This document shows positions 45,806-55,709 of a DNA stretch of 64,000 nt, piece after piece; positions within the stretch are counted from its first letter, which is position 1; each line of letters begins with the position of its first letter. Below the pieces are notes generated by a model that was given only the letters and a program-made list of their open reading frames with translations, was not told the DNA's origin and did no database searches. The stretch is from Thermodesulfobacteriota bacterium. GTDB lineage: Bacteria; Desulfobacterota; Binatia; Bin18. The position numbers and the translations under genes are program-made. Location of the stretch: assembly GCA_964291405.2 (NCBI GenBank), contig OZ219926.1, forward strand, positions 4,736,001-4,800,000, read 5' to 3'.

Positions 45806-48800
45806 GTGACGGCGCGGCGCGCCTCATCCTTACTCCCTTCAATTAACATATTCGTCCTTATCCGTCCGTTGCTACGTGCGTGGCTGCTGGGGGGGCTCCT
45901 GCTACTGGGTGGGGCCGTCCACGCCCAGGAAATAGAGACTGAGTCAGATGCGAACCAGGCACCAGTGGTGGAATATCAGCTGTTTACCGAGTGGCTACGA
46001 ATGGGAGTGTCGGAGGTGGTGCCGGTAGGGTATGCGTTCAGTGATCCGGACGACGACCCGTTGACGTATGGGGCAATCGTGAAATCCGGCGATACGGTCG
46101 TCGAAGTAGAGAGCGTAACGGATGACGACGTGACGCTCAAGCCAAAGGCCATCGGCACGGCGACCATTACCGTAACGGCGACCGACACGGATGGGTTAAG
46201 CGTATCACAGGATTTCACGGTGCAGGTCACGCGGAACTATGACGCTGACGATGACAGACTAATCGAAATCACAACCCTGGCCCAGCTTGACGCCATACGC
46301 CATGACCTGGATGGGGACGGCAGCCCGGCATACGGTGAGGACACGGCGTATGCCGAGGCGTTCCCGGACGGGGGAGTGACCGAGAGGGGCGGACTCTCCT
46401 GTAGCAGCCGCTGTGCAGGATACGAATTGACGGCGAACCTCGACTTTGACACCGACGGGGATGGCGTTGCCGGTACAGGCGACACCTACTGGAACGAGGG
46501 CGCTGGCTGGATGCCTATTGGCACGTTCTCGGCGACCTTCGACGGTAATGGACACACCATCAGCAACCTGTTTATCAATCGGGAAGACGCTTTCTCATCG
46601 GGATACTCCGTGGGATTATTCGACCAGATCGACTCGCCCAGTGTGCTGCGCAACGTCGAGCTGATTGATGTCGATGTAACGGGCGGAAAGTTCATCGTTG
46701 GTGGGCTGGTCGGAACGATCAACAGTGGCGGCAGCATCACGGCCAGCTATGTCACCGGTCGGGTGGTGGGCATGCACAATATAGCCGGTGGGCTGGTCGG
46801 AACGATTAACAGTGGCGGCAGCGTCTCCGCCAGCTATTTCACCGGGCACGTGCAGGGGATGGGCACCGCAGTCGGCGGGCTGGCCGGAACAAGCAGCGGC
46901 AGCATCACCGCCAGCTATGCCACCGGCCAGGTGGTGGCGAATTCTCATGCCGGCGGGCTGGTCGGCATAAGCAGCGGCAGTATCACCAAGAGCTATGCCA
47001 CTGCCTGTGTAGAGGGGAGTAGTAACGATGCCGGCGGGCTGGTCGGAGAGAACAGGGGCAGCATCACGGCCAGCTATGCCACCGGGTCCGTAGCAAGCAG
47101 GATCGATGCCGGCGGGCTGGTCGGGAGCAACGTTAGCGCGCTCGGTACGGGCAGCATCACGGCCAGCTATGCCACCGGGTCCGTGGCAGGAAGGACCAAT
47201 GCCGGCGGCCTGGTCGGGCGCAACGTCGGGAAGGACGCTGAGGATAACGCTATCGAGGGGACCATCACCGCCAGCTATTGGGATACGGAGACCTCCGGGA
47301 TGTCCGTGGGAGTCGGAACGGACGATGCAGACAACAACGGCAGCATTGACGGTACGGAATCGCAAACAGCCGGCGCGGAAGGAAAGACCTCGGCACAGTT
47401 GCAGGAGCCCACGGACTACACCGGTATTTATGACACCTGGGACGACAGAGACCTGGACGGCGACAGCACTAACGACGCTCCTTGGGATTTTGGAGAAGAC
47501 GACGAATATCCGGTGCTGCTAGTGGATTTCGACGGGGACGAGACGGCGACCTGGGAGGAGTTCGGCTATCAGTTTCGGGAAGCTATGGAGCTAACGGCGA
47601 CGATGCCCGAAGGCGTGGCTCAGGTGGACTTGGCGTGGACCGGGGTGACGGTAACTCACTGGGACCCTGCGCCAAACGTGACTTACCTCCTCTCACGCGA
47701 CGACGGGACTACCGCCGAGACCCTGTCGGAGAACACAGAGGCAGGAGACTACTCCGACCTCAGCGTGACTCCCGGCTCCACCTATACCTATCGGATAGCA
47801 GTTTTCGTGATAGGGAGCGAAGTGGCATGCACCGGAGTCAGTGTCGCCATACCTGCAGACGCGAACCGGCATCCGCAGGCGGTAGGGACGTTGGCAAACC
47901 AGACGCTGCGAGTGGGACAGACTCCGAAGGACGTGCCTGTAGCGACCGCATTTCAAGACCCGGATAACGACACACTGGAATACGAGGCAACCTCGGGCAA
48001 CGAGACAATCGTCACAGTGAGCGTGACGGGGTCTACGGTGACGCTCACGCCTGTGGCCGTTGGTGGTCCGGTGACCATCACCGTAACGGCGACTGATACG
48101 GGTGGATTGAGTGCGACACAGTCGTTTACGGTGACCGTTACGAACCCACCGCCACCACGGCCACCGGACACGGGTACGAACACGGAGACAGAACCAGAGC
48201 CACAGACGCCGGACACGGGTACGAACACGGAGACAGAACCAGAGCCACAGACGCCGAGCAATCCTCCGAATAACACCGGTCCCCCGGGGGGCGGCTCCCC
48301 CGGTACTGTGGGTAGTACTGCTAGCCGGGCCTCTGACCAGCGCTCGCTGGTCGGGTTTTTCGAGAACCCGGAGCGGGTTTCCCCCCAAAGTGGCATTGGG
48401 GTTATCTCGGGTTGGGTGTGTGAGGCCGACAAGGTCGAGATCGAGATCAGGACCGAGAGTGGTGACACGAAGCGATACGTGGCGGGCTACGGGACAGAGC
48501 GGCTGGACACGGAGAAAGCTTGTGGGGACACGGACAACGGCTTTGGGTTGTTATTCAACTGGAACCGGTTAGGCAATGGAAGGCATAGAGTCATAGCGCG
48601 AGTGGATGGGATGATGTTAGGCCGCTCCACCGTGCGGGTGACGATGCCGGATAAGGATGAGGAGATGCTGACGGGCGTTCAGGGTACGTGCGAGGCGACG
48701 AGCTTTCCGAGTCCGGGCGAAACGGCCACCCTGATCTGGCAGGAGTCGCTCCAGAACTTTGTGATCGTGGAGGGCGAGGCTCCCGCCGGCACCAACCATG

Positions 48801-49228
48801 CCGGATCGATGGACGTGGGATTTTTAGAGAATCCGGGCCCCAATTCGTTTCAGAGTGGTCTTGGGGTCATCTCGGGCTGGGTGTGTGAGTCTGACGAGGT
48901 GTTGATCAAGATTGGGGACTTTGATCCGCAGCTGGCGGCGTCCGGGACGGAGCGGTTGGATACCGAAGAGCATTGTGGGGACACGGACAACGGCTTTGGG
49001 TTGTTATTCAACTGGAACCGGCTGGAGGATGGTGAACATACCGTGGTCGCGCTGGTCGATGGTGAAGAACTCGGCCGGGCTACGGTGCAGGTGACGACCT
49101 TAGGATACGAGTTCGTAGAGGACGCAGTTGGTGAGTGTGAGGCAGAGGACTTCCCGAGTCAGGACAAAATGGTCACCCTGACATGGCAGGAATCGCTCCA
49201 GAACTTTGTGATCACCGCTGTGGAGTGA
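45806..49228 (+). CDS. Large secreted/surface protein: Ig/cadherin-like domains, GLUG beta-helix repeats, Fn3-like domain, Pro/Thr linker, tandem C-terminal domain
   Basis: Signal ...AVHA|QE; F.DPD.D.L.Y...T.TD..GLS..Q.F.V twice; repeated GGLVG...I.ASYATG; duplicated ENP...QSG.GVISGWVC...CGDTDNGFGLLFNWN...WQESLQNFVI. Start uncertain. Confidence 0.85.
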   Translation: MTARRASSLLPSINIFVLIRPLLRAWLLGGLLLLGGAVHAQEIETESDANQAPVVEYQLFTEWLRMGVSEVVPVGYAFSDPDDDPLTYGAIVKSGDTVVEVESVTDDDVTLKPKAIGTATITVTATDTDGLSVSQDFTVQVTRNYDADDDRLIEITTLAQLDAIRHDLDGDGSPAYGEDTAYAEAFPDGGVTERGGLSCSSRCAGYELTANLDFDTDGDGVAGTGDTYWNEGAGWMPIGTFSATFDGNGHTISNLFINREDAFSSGYSVGLFDQIDSPSVLRNVELIDVDVTGGKFIVGGLVGTINSGGSITASYVTGRVVGMHNIAGGLVGTINSGGSVSASYFTGHVQGMGTAVGGLAGTSSGSITASYATGQVVANSHAGGLVGISSGSITKSYATACVEGSSNDAGGLVGENRGSITASYATGSVASRIDAGGLVGSNVSALGTGSITASYATGSVAGRTNAGGLVGRNVGKDAEDNAIEGTITASYWDTETSGMSVGVGTDDADNNGSIDGTESQTAGAEGKTSAQLQEPTDYTGIYDTWDDRDLDGDSTNDAPWDFGEDDEYPVLLVDFDGDETATWEEFGYQFREAMELTATMPEGVAQVDLAWTGVTVTHWDPAPNVTYLLSRDDGTTAETLSENTEAGDYSDLSVTPGSTYTYRIAVFVIGSEVACTGVSVAIPADANRHPQAVGTLANQTLRVGQTPKDVPVATAFQDPDNDTLEYEATSGNETIVTVSVTGSTVTLTPVAVGGPVTITVTATDTGGLSATQSFTVTVTNPPPPRPPDTGTNTETEPEPQTPDTGTNTETEPEPQTPSNPPNNTGPPGGGSPGTVGSTASRASDQRSLVGFFENPERVSPQSGIGVISGWVCEADKVEIEIRTESGDTKRYVAGYGTERLDTEKACGDTDNGFGLLFNWNRLGNGRHRVIARVDGMMLGRSTVRVTMPDKDEEMLTGVQGTCEATSFPSPGETATLIWQESLQNFVIVEGEAPAGTNHAGSMDVGFLENPGPNSFQSGLGVISGWVCESDEVLIKIGDFDPQLAASGTERLDTEEHCGDTDNGFGLLFNWNRLEDGEHTVVALVDGEELGRATVQVTTLGYEFVEDAVGECEAEDFPSQDKMVTLTWQESLQNFVITAVE
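48164..48253 (+). repeat. Exact 45-bp tandem repeat (x2) encoding PDTGTNTETEPEPQT
   Basis: Read directly. Confidence 0.9.
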
Positions 49229-49257
49229 GGACGGTGGCCGACAAGTGGACTACATCT

Positions 49258-49521
49258 TTACTCGAAATGCGTCCACAGCCGAATAATTTTGATAACTTTC
49301 TCTCTGCGGTAAACTTGGTAGACAATGCGGTGTTGGATATTGATTCTTCGTGAGTAGAGCCCGGCGAGATCACCAACAAGTTTTTCAAACGGGGGAGGGG
49401 TTCTTAACGGATCTTTTTCGAGAAGAGCCAGAAGTGGCTGGACTTTGTTCTTTAATCCACTGGCAGCGATCTTTGTGGCATCTTTTAACGCTTGTTTCGT
49501 ATAGACCAGCCTCCAACTCAC
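49258..49521 (-). CDS. yoeB: Txe/YoeB toxin
   Basis: PP.EKL.GDL.G.YSRRINIQHRIVY...WTH. Confidence 0.92.
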   Translation of the reverse strand: MSWRLVYTKQALKDATKIAASGLKNKVQPLLALLEKDPLRTPPPFEKLVGDLAGLYSRRINIQHRIVYQVYRREKVIKIIRLWTHFE

Positions 49522-49760
49522 CAGTCCAACTCCTCGTCACATTCTTCAAGAGGGGCAGCCATCCCCTCACGCAGCGACTCACGCATTCCTGGCATTGAAA
49601 GCAGAAATAAGGTCTCTTGTACTGCAGCCCAATCTTCTTCGGAAAGGAGCACCGCATTATTCCGTTTGCTCGTGATGAGAATTGGTTCGTGAGAATGCGC
49701 TGTTGCGTCAATGAGCCGATAGAGATTTGCTCGTGCCTCACTTGCGGTTCTGCTCTCCAT
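49518..49760 (-). CDS. yefM: YefM/Phd antitoxin
   Basis: TASEARANLYRLID...HEPI.IT.KR.NAVL.SEEDW...QETL; true start at 49760. Confidence 0.92.
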   Translation of the reverse strand: MESRTASEARANLYRLIDATAHSHEPILITSKRNNAVLLSEEDWAAVQETLFLLSMPGMRESLREGMAAPLEECDEELDW

Positions 49761-49793
49761 AATGGTATCCCCGGTGTCAGTCTGTATTTTCTG

Positions 49794-49823
49794 AAGCGTA
49801 CGAAATACGGTACGCTTTGTCAA
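49794..49823 (-). promoter_or_regulatory. yefM-yoeB promoter with overlapping operator palindrome
   Basis: Minus strand TTGACA (49823-49818)-17 bp-TACGCT; inverted repeat AAGCGTAC-N8-GTACGCTT at 49794-49817. Confidence 0.7.
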
Positions 49824-49848
49824 GTTGAGAAGGGATGGAGGCAAATCC

Positions 49849-50799
49849 ATGACACTCCCCAGCAAAGTTAAAATCGTCGATCTGACCGCCAGAGATGGTT
49901 TGGAAGGCTTCAAGCATTTGATCCCGGTGGATTTCCGGATTGAGTTGGTCGACCGGCTCTCCTCTGCCGGGTTTCCAGCTATTGAGGTGGGAGAGTTCGT
50001 GAGCCCCAAGGTCATTCCAGCCATGCAGGGCTCGGACCAGGTTGCCCAACAGATCGAGCCGAAACCGGGGGTGGAGTATAGCGCGCTTGTGCCGAATATG
50101 CGGGGCTTTAACGACGCGCTTAAAGCCGGGGTGAGTGTCATTACGATTTTTGGTGCGGCCACTGAGCAGTTCAGTCAGGCCAATATCAACTGCTCGATTG
50201 AAGAAAGCTTCGGACGTTTTGAGCCGGTTGTTGCCGCGGCAAAAGAACATCATGTCAAAGTGCGTGGCGCGGTCTCTTGCGTTGCCGGCTGTCCGTATGA
50301 AGGTGATGTCGACCCTCAAGCAGTCGGCAGGCTGGTCAAGAGATTCCACGCTATGGGCTGTTACGAAATCGCCCTTGGCGACAGCATTGGGGTAGGAACC
50401 CCGCGGTCGATCAAAGCTCTTATCCAGGCCTGTGAAGACCAGGGTGTCCCCGCCTCTGTCTTAACCGCGCATTTTCACAATACCTGCGGGATGGCGCTGG
50501 CCAACTGCTACGCAGCCATGGAAATGGGTGTGTCCATTCTTGAGAGTGCCTGCGGCGGGCTGGGTGGATGCCCGAATGCTCCGGGTGCAACGGGCAATCT
50601 GTCCTCAGAAGAGTTGGTCTATATGCTGAACGGTCTTGGGATTGAGACTGGGGTGGATCTCGACCGGGCCGTGGCCATAGGCAAGTGGGCCACGGAGGCG
50701 ATGAATCACCGGCTCGATTCAAAGCTGGGCGAGGCCATGACCAACCCCAATATGACCTATTTTGAGAAGGTCGTCCGTGAGCCGCAGGCTCCGGCCTAG
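49849..50799 (+). CDS. HMG-CoA lyase family (DRE-TIM metallolyase)
   Basis: RDGL, FVSPK.IP.M, GCPYEG, LGDSIG.GTP, HFH.T.G.ALAN, GLGGCP.APGATGN. Confidence 0.88.
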   Translation: MTLPSKVKIVDLTARDGLEGFKHLIPVDFRIELVDRLSSAGFPAIEVGEFVSPKVIPAMQGSDQVAQQIEPKPGVEYSALVPNMRGFNDALKAGVSVITIFGAATEQFSQANINCSIEESFGRFEPVVAAAKEHHVKVRGAVSCVAGCPYEGDVDPQAVGRLVKRFHAMGCYEIALGDSIGVGTPRSIKALIQACEDQGVPASVLTAHFHNTCGMALANCYAAMEMGVSILESACGGLGGCPNAPGATGNLSSEELVYMLNGLGIETGVDLDRAVAIGKWATEAMNHRLDSKLGEAMTNPNMTYFEKVVREPQAPA

Positions 50800-50970
50800 C
50801 GCGCCGGTATAACCCTGGTGCTTGAAACGAACGGTCCTGCCGACCGGCGGCGGGTTGTCCCGCTCCGCGTCGGAAAAACCTGATGACGACGATGGGCGCA
50901 GCCGTAGGTGCCGCTTCTATATTATATACCGCCCCTTGCTGTGTAGTATCACTATTGATATTCATTCCCT

Positions 50971-51219
50971 GTGGCGGATACTAGGATACTCCTCAAGGCG
51001 TTCCGCACCAATCCCAAAGGGGTACGGTTCGCTGACCTCGCCAAGGTGTGTGATGCATACTTCGGGGAACCGCGTCAGAAGGGCACGAGCCATCGAATCT
51101 ACCGCACTCCTTGGCCGGATGACCCAAGGGTGAATATTCAGAACGTCAAAGGGATGGCAAAACCCTATCAAGTTCGCCAAGTCCTCAAAGCGATTGAAAA
51201 ATTGGAGGGCATGAAATGA
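50971..51219 (+). CDS. HicA-like toxin
   Basis: NPK.VRF.DL..VC..YFG.PR..G.SH...TPW..DPRVNIQ....AKPYQVRQ. Confidence 0.85.
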   Translation: MADTRILLKAFRTNPKGVRFADLAKVCDAYFGEPRQKGTSHRIYRTPWPDDPRVNIQNVKGMAKPYQVRQVLKAIEKLEGMK

Positions 51220-51545
51220 CGACTCATTATACGTACCGCATTACGTGGTCCATCGAAGACAATGCCCACGTTGGTCTGTGTGCAGAATTCCCCTCATTAA
51301 GCTGGCTGGCATCTACTCCGGCGAAGGCTTTGAGCGGTATCCAGCGGTTGGTGCGTGCCTGTATCGCCGACATGCAAAACACCGGGGAAACGCCGCCAGT
51401 GCCATTGGCTGACCGGACCTATAGCGGAAAGTTTGTGGTGCGCGTGCCTCCGGAAACGCACCGCGCCCTCGCCATACGGGCAGCAGAGGAGGGAGTGAGT
51501 CTGAACCGACTGGTGAGCGCGCGCCTCGCCAAGGGCGCTATGTGA
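51216..51545 (+). CDS. HicB-like antitoxin
   Basis: HYTYR..WS.ED...VGLCAEFPSLSW...YSGKF.VR.PP..HR.L...AAEEGVSLN. Confidence 0.88.
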   Translation: MTTHYTYRITWSIEDNAHVGLCAEFPSLSWLASTPAKALSGIQRLVRACIADMQNTGETPPVPLADRTYSGKFVVRVPPETHRALAIRAAEEGVSLNRLVSARLAKGAM

Positions 51546-51570
51546 TTGAGTCAGATCACACCCCTCCTGT

Positions 51571-52626
51571 CTATCCCTCAACCTGCTGTATGACATGGGT
51601 GGCGAAGTCGGTCATCTCTTGCTCTCCGCCGGTTATGCAGACCTGGCTGATGCCCAACTCCTTCATCTTCCGCACCCGTTCCTGAAGTTCCTCGGGGGTG
51701 CCGGTCAGGGTGGTTTCCTTAATCATCTTTTCGGTAACCAGCGGTGCGTGTTCCGGCTTAAACGCGGCACAATAGTCCGTATAGAGGTCCAGATGACGGG
51801 TCTCGATCGGGGCGTCTGGGGTACGATAGGCGTCCTTAAAGGCCATGAGGTCATCGCGTATGTCTCCCGGTAGCTGAAAAGGGTCCTTCACCGACAGGGC
51901 GAAAATATTGCACTCCGAAGAAACCAGCGGGCCGACTGCCTGCTGAAGGTCTTCCAGGGTCTCTTCGGGTTTTCTCAGATGGAAGGCTGTCACCGCAGTG
52001 ATATAGAGGTCTTCCAGACGCTTGCCGGCGCGTTCGGCGCCACGTCGGATGTGGTCCAGGGTATATTTGAGCAGGCTGTCACCCACCGTGCCGAAGAGGA
52101 TCACGCCGTCTCCGATCTCCCCGGCCAACTCCAGCGTCTTGGGGCCGCTGCCGGCCACGTGAATCGGGATGGGGTTCTGCAGATTGATGAACTCGCTGTT
52201 GGGGTTGAGAAACCTGATCTGGCGCTTACGTTCGCCTTCTTGATACGGAACGGTATCGCCTTTCAGCAGGCCGCGACACACCTCCACATTGGCCCGCAGA
52301 ACTGCCAGCCGGGCCGCCGGCATGCCGAGCGTCCGCCGGGCCGTATTGCCCGTCCCGATACCCATGATGACCCGACCCGGAGCGAGCACATTCAGGGTGC
52401 CAAAGCTACAGGCCGTCACCGGAGCAATCCGCGAGCTGGGGTTGGTCACGTTGGTGCCGAGTTTGATCGTCTTGGTATGGGTCGCACACAGCGCCATGCA
52501 CTGGAACACATCGCTCCAGACCATCTGGGAATCGCCGAACCAGGCATGAGTATAGCCCTTGTCCTCGGCAATCATCACGTCTTTATAGGTCTCAACGTGG
52601 GAAAGAAAAATCACTCCGTAGTCCAT
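51571..52626 (-). CDS. LLM-class flavin-dependent oxidoreductase
   Basis: T..IKLGT.VTNP..R, APGR...GIG.G, GPKTL.LAGEI.DG. Confidence 0.88.
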   Translation of the reverse strand: MDYGVIFLSHVETYKDVMIAEDKGYTHAWFGDSQMVWSDVFQCMALCATHTKTIKLGTNVTNPSSRIAPVTACSFGTLNVLAPGRVIMGIGTGNTARRTLGMPAARLAVLRANVEVCRGLLKGDTVPYQEGERKRQIRFLNPNSEFINLQNPIPIHVAGSGPKTLELAGEIGDGVILFGTVGDSLLKYTLDHIRRGAERAGKRLEDLYITAVTAFHLRKPEETLEDLQQAVGPLVSSECNIFALSVKDPFQLPGDIRDDLMAFKDAYRTPDAPIETRHLDLYTDYCAAFKPEHAPLVTEKMIKETTLTGTPEELQERVRKMKELGISQVCITGGEQEMTDFATHVIQQVEG

Positions 52627-52689
52627 TCGTACCTCCCTGTTCGTGATCTTGTTTGAGTCGGGCTGTTGATTTTTATACGGTAAGGCTGC

Positions 52690-52947
52690 TCAGGCGCTCC
52701 GCAGTTTCTTTAAGGGTGTATGCATAATGCCAAGCAGCCCATCTATCGATAGGTCCTCATCGAGTAACGGCCAATGAATTCCATACCCCGACGGGGAAAT
52801 CTCAAACATCTGGCGGTCCTTCTCCGGGGCATTGAGGAGGACTTGAGATATCTCATGTATGTTGAACATCCTGGCCCGCCCATCAATGGTGACATGCAAA
52901 ACATCACCCTCAAAATGCACATCTGCTACATCATGGTGTTGCTTCAT
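52690..52947 (-). CDS. DUF2442 protein (TA component)
   Basis: GYGIHWP.LDEDLSI.GL. Confidence 0.85.
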   Translation of the reverse strand: MKQHHDVADVHFEGDVLHVTIDGRARMFNIHEISQVLLNAPEKDRQMFEISPSGYGIHWPLLDEDLSIDGLLGIMHTPLKKLRSA

Positions 52948-53201
52948 GGTTGACGGCTCCGTTGAAACTCTTCCCAGCGCTGTTCAATGTATTCGAAATG
53001 GTCAAAGATGATCTTCTTGATATCTCGGCGGTCCCGGGGAGAAAGATTATAGGCATAGACTTCTTCCAGATCAAAGCGCTCACGGTCGAGCCAATATTTA
53101 CATTCTCTCTCCCCTTTCCGGCAATGGATATGGATCGGTTCATTCCCCTCATTCGCGTAGAAGAAGAGACGCCACCCTGCCATCATCAAGACTGTCGGCA
53201 T
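52944..53201 (-). CDS. DUF4160 protein (TA component)
   Basis: MPTV....GWR.FFY.NE..EP.H.H......CK.WL; ATGA overlap with the DUF2442 gene. Confidence 0.85.
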   Translation of the reverse strand: MPTVLMMAGWRLFFYANEGNEPIHIHCRKGERECKYWLDRERFDLEEVYAYNLSPRDRRDIKKIIFDHFEYIEQRWEEFQRSRQP

Positions 53202-53229
53202 TGGGATTTATCCTTTAAGCCCTCTTTTC

Positions 53230-54222
53230 TTACAGAACCTTCAGCAACTCATCTCGTTCACTGTAAGCGAAGGTGGTGGGTTTGCCGTTCCGCCGAGCCC
53301 GGATACCGGCCTCTGGCGTAACGGTCCCAATGACCTGGGCGGGGATGTTTTCTGACTGAAAAATCCGTTTGAGACTTGGCCACTGATCCGCAGCAATGGT
53401 CAGGAGCAGGGTGCCGGAACTGATCAATCCGAGTGGATTGATATTGAAGTGTTCACCTATGGCGCGGGTGGAGGGGAGGGTGGGAATGACGTCGAGGTCA
53501 ATCTGCATGCCGAGGCCGCCGACAACGGTCAGCTCGTACAACCCCATGGCCACGCCACCCTCTGTCGGGTCGTGCATGGCTGTCGCGCCGTGTTGGGCAG
53601 CTAACAGGGCTTCTTTGACAATAGAGATTCCCCATGTCGTGCGGATATTCTGCGCCTCGTCCTGAAGCTCGGATGCAAGGATATTCTCCAGTTCTTTGCG
53701 CTTCTCGGCAAACACGATGCTGGTCCCCTCAAGACCGGCCGTCTTGGTCATCACGACCAAGTCTCCGGCTCGGACTCCCTGGGTGGTCACTAATCGGTCC
53801 TTGGCGACTACACCTGTCATATTGCCGACAACGACCGGCTGAGACACGGCTGTGGTCACTTCAGTGTGTCCACCGGTAACGCTAACACCTAACTCCCGAC
53901 ACGTGGAGTCAATCTGGGCAAAGACCTGTCTGACACTGTGCTCTGAGGTATCGGGTGGAAACAGGAGACAGGCTTGAAACCAGGCCGGCTTTGCGCCCAT
54001 GGTCGCGACGTCATTGGCATTGATATGTACGGCGTACCAGCCCACGTCGTCGGCCGTGAATGTGACCGGGTCGGTTTTGACCACGAGATACTGCTCACCC
54101 ATATCGAGAACGGCGCAGTCTTCACCAAATCGCGGGCCGATGAGGACCCGCGGGTCTTCCGTCCCGGCGTGCGTGATACAGGTTTTAAGAAAATCGGTCG
54201 GGAGTTTGCCTGGGAGAAGCAT
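53230..54222 (-). CDS. AIR synthase-related (PurM/HypE superfamily) protein
   Basis: GKLP, GP..GEDCA, TDP, NANDVA, GGHTE, MHDPTEGG, P..LISSG. Confidence 0.88.
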   Translation of the reverse strand: MLLPGKLPTDFLKTCITHAGTEDPRVLIGPRFGEDCAVLDMGEQYLVVKTDPVTFTADDVGWYAVHINANDVATMGAKPAWFQACLLFPPDTSEHSVRQVFAQIDSTCRELGVSVTGGHTEVTTAVSQPVVVGNMTGVVAKDRLVTTQGVRAGDLVVMTKTAGLEGTSIVFAEKRKELENILASELQDEAQNIRTTWGISIVKEALLAAQHGATAMHDPTEGGVAMGLYELTVVGGLGMQIDLDVIPTLPSTRAIGEHFNINPLGLISSGTLLLTIAADQWPSLKRIFQSENIPAQVIGTVTPEAGIRARRNGKPTTFAYSERDELLKVL

Positions 54223-54252
54223 ATACGCTCACCCCGCGTGTCGGGCGACGCC

Positions 54253-55656
54253 TCACTCCGCCGTGGTCGCGGCAGGATTCGGTTCTTTGGTTGCCGCTTG
54301 TTCCGTGTCCCCACCGGACGCATCGGCGTTGGTCTTGGCCTGCTCCAGGCCGGCCTTTTCCAGGTCGGCAACAACGACCTGGAGGAATTGATCCGGGTAG
54401 AGGTGTTGCTTTGCCGCCGCTCTCACCTGCTCAAGGGTCACCGAGCCAATAATGTCCGGGTAGCGATCCGGGTAATCGAGTCCCAGCCCATAGAATTCGA
54501 GGACTGGGAGCATCCTGGCGACGTCCGAGTTGGAAATGAGCCGGAGCGGAAAACTGTTCGTGAGATAGGCTTTTGCCGCTGCGACTTCTTCTTCGGTTGC
54601 CCCTTCTTGCCTGAAGTGCCGAATGACGGCCAGGGTTTCAGCAATGGCTTGCTGGGCGCTTTCATTCTTGGTTTGTAAGGCAACCGTAAAAGGGCCTGGA
54701 TGCTTACGAGCTGAGAAATAGCTGCCGACGGAGTAGGCATAGCCTTGCTCTTCTCGAATGCGGTCCATGAGCCGCGAGCCAAATCCCCCGCCCCCAAGAA
54801 TGTGATTCATAATCAGAACGGCGTAATAATCGGGGTGCGATCGGGCGATGCCCGAGTGGCCGATCATGATGTTGGCCTGGGTGACCTCTTTATTCAGGTT
54901 TACCTGTCGTGCCTCTCGCTCGGGTAGGTCCGGCCACGAGAAATCAGGCAGGTCTGCCGCTTTCCAGGCGGCAAAATGAGAAGCGAGGAGGGAGCCGACC
55001 TGGCCCTGGGTGATTTCTCCGGCAACGGCGATAATAGCGTTATTCGGACGATAGTAAGTGGCGTGAAACTGTCTGATGTCATCAGGCGTAATACGCGCCA
55101 GCGTCTCCGCCTGGCCTGAAATCAGCCGTCCGTAGGGATGCTGAGGATAGAGGTGCTCTCTAAAGGCTTTGCCGGCAACCCAGCCAGGGTCTTCTTCGTT
55201 GCTGTGCAGACGACCCTCGATCTCCTTGCGGATGCGCTCGAATTCGTCCTGCGGAAAGCTTGGGAACAGGACGACTTCGGCCAGAAGGGCGAAGGAGCGG
55301 TCCAGGTTCTTGGTCAAGGTCGTCAGGCTGATGGTCGTGGCATCGTTGCCTGCGTCGACCGATAACGACGTCCCTAGGAAGTCGAGCTCTTCGGCCAGAG
55401 CTTGGGCGGAATAGCTCTTGGTCCCGCGCGTGAGTAATGCGGCGGTGAGATTTGCCACCCCCTGTTTGTCCTGCGGGTCAACAGCAGCGCCTGTTTTGAG
55501 GACCATGCTCAGCACGACCATGGGTAGGCCGGGGCGCTCGGCAACCAGCAGTGTTGCGTCGTTATCGAGGACGGTCCGTGTTCCCAGCGGTGCGGCTGAC
55601 AGAGACGAAGCAAGACCGAGGCTGAGCATAAGGCCGATAAGAAGGCGTCGTGTCAT
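54253..55656 (-). CDS. M16 peptidase, non-catalytic subunit
   Basis: M16 fold motifs (ILGGGGF.SRL...IRE..G.AY); no HXXEH; signal peptide. Confidence 0.88.
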   Translation of the reverse strand: MTRRLLIGLMLSLGLASSLSAAPLGTRTVLDNDATLLVAERPGLPMVVLSMVLKTGAAVDPQDKQGVANLTAALLTRGTKSYSAQALAEELDFLGTSLSVDAGNDATTISLTTLTKNLDRSFALLAEVVLFPSFPQDEFERIRKEIEGRLHSNEEDPGWVAGKAFREHLYPQHPYGRLISGQAETLARITPDDIRQFHATYYRPNNAIIAVAGEITQGQVGSLLASHFAAWKAADLPDFSWPDLPEREARQVNLNKEVTQANIMIGHSGIARSHPDYYAVLIMNHILGGGGFGSRLMDRIREEQGYAYSVGSYFSARKHPGPFTVALQTKNESAQQAIAETLAVIRHFRQEGATEEEVAAAKAYLTNSFPLRLISNSDVARMLPVLEFYGLGLDYPDRYPDIIGSVTLEQVRAAAKQHLYPDQFLQVVVADLEKAGLEQAKTNADASGGDTEQAATKEPNPAATTAE

Positions 55657-55709
55657 AGCGTACTTCCTTCAAGCGATGGGACGGATCGGAGTGAACAGGA
55701 ACGGATTGG

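Noticed and set aside
49518-50162. 214-aa extended YefM and 401-aa extended hydrolase (30830-32035)
   Set aside because: The extensions overlap opposite-strand genes; better starts with promoter or RBS support exist at 49760 and 31693.
50805-50915. Possible collapsed PIN toxin relic (VLETN ... PDDD ... AAVG)
   Set aside because: Fragments are too short and in different frames; cannot be distinguished from chance.
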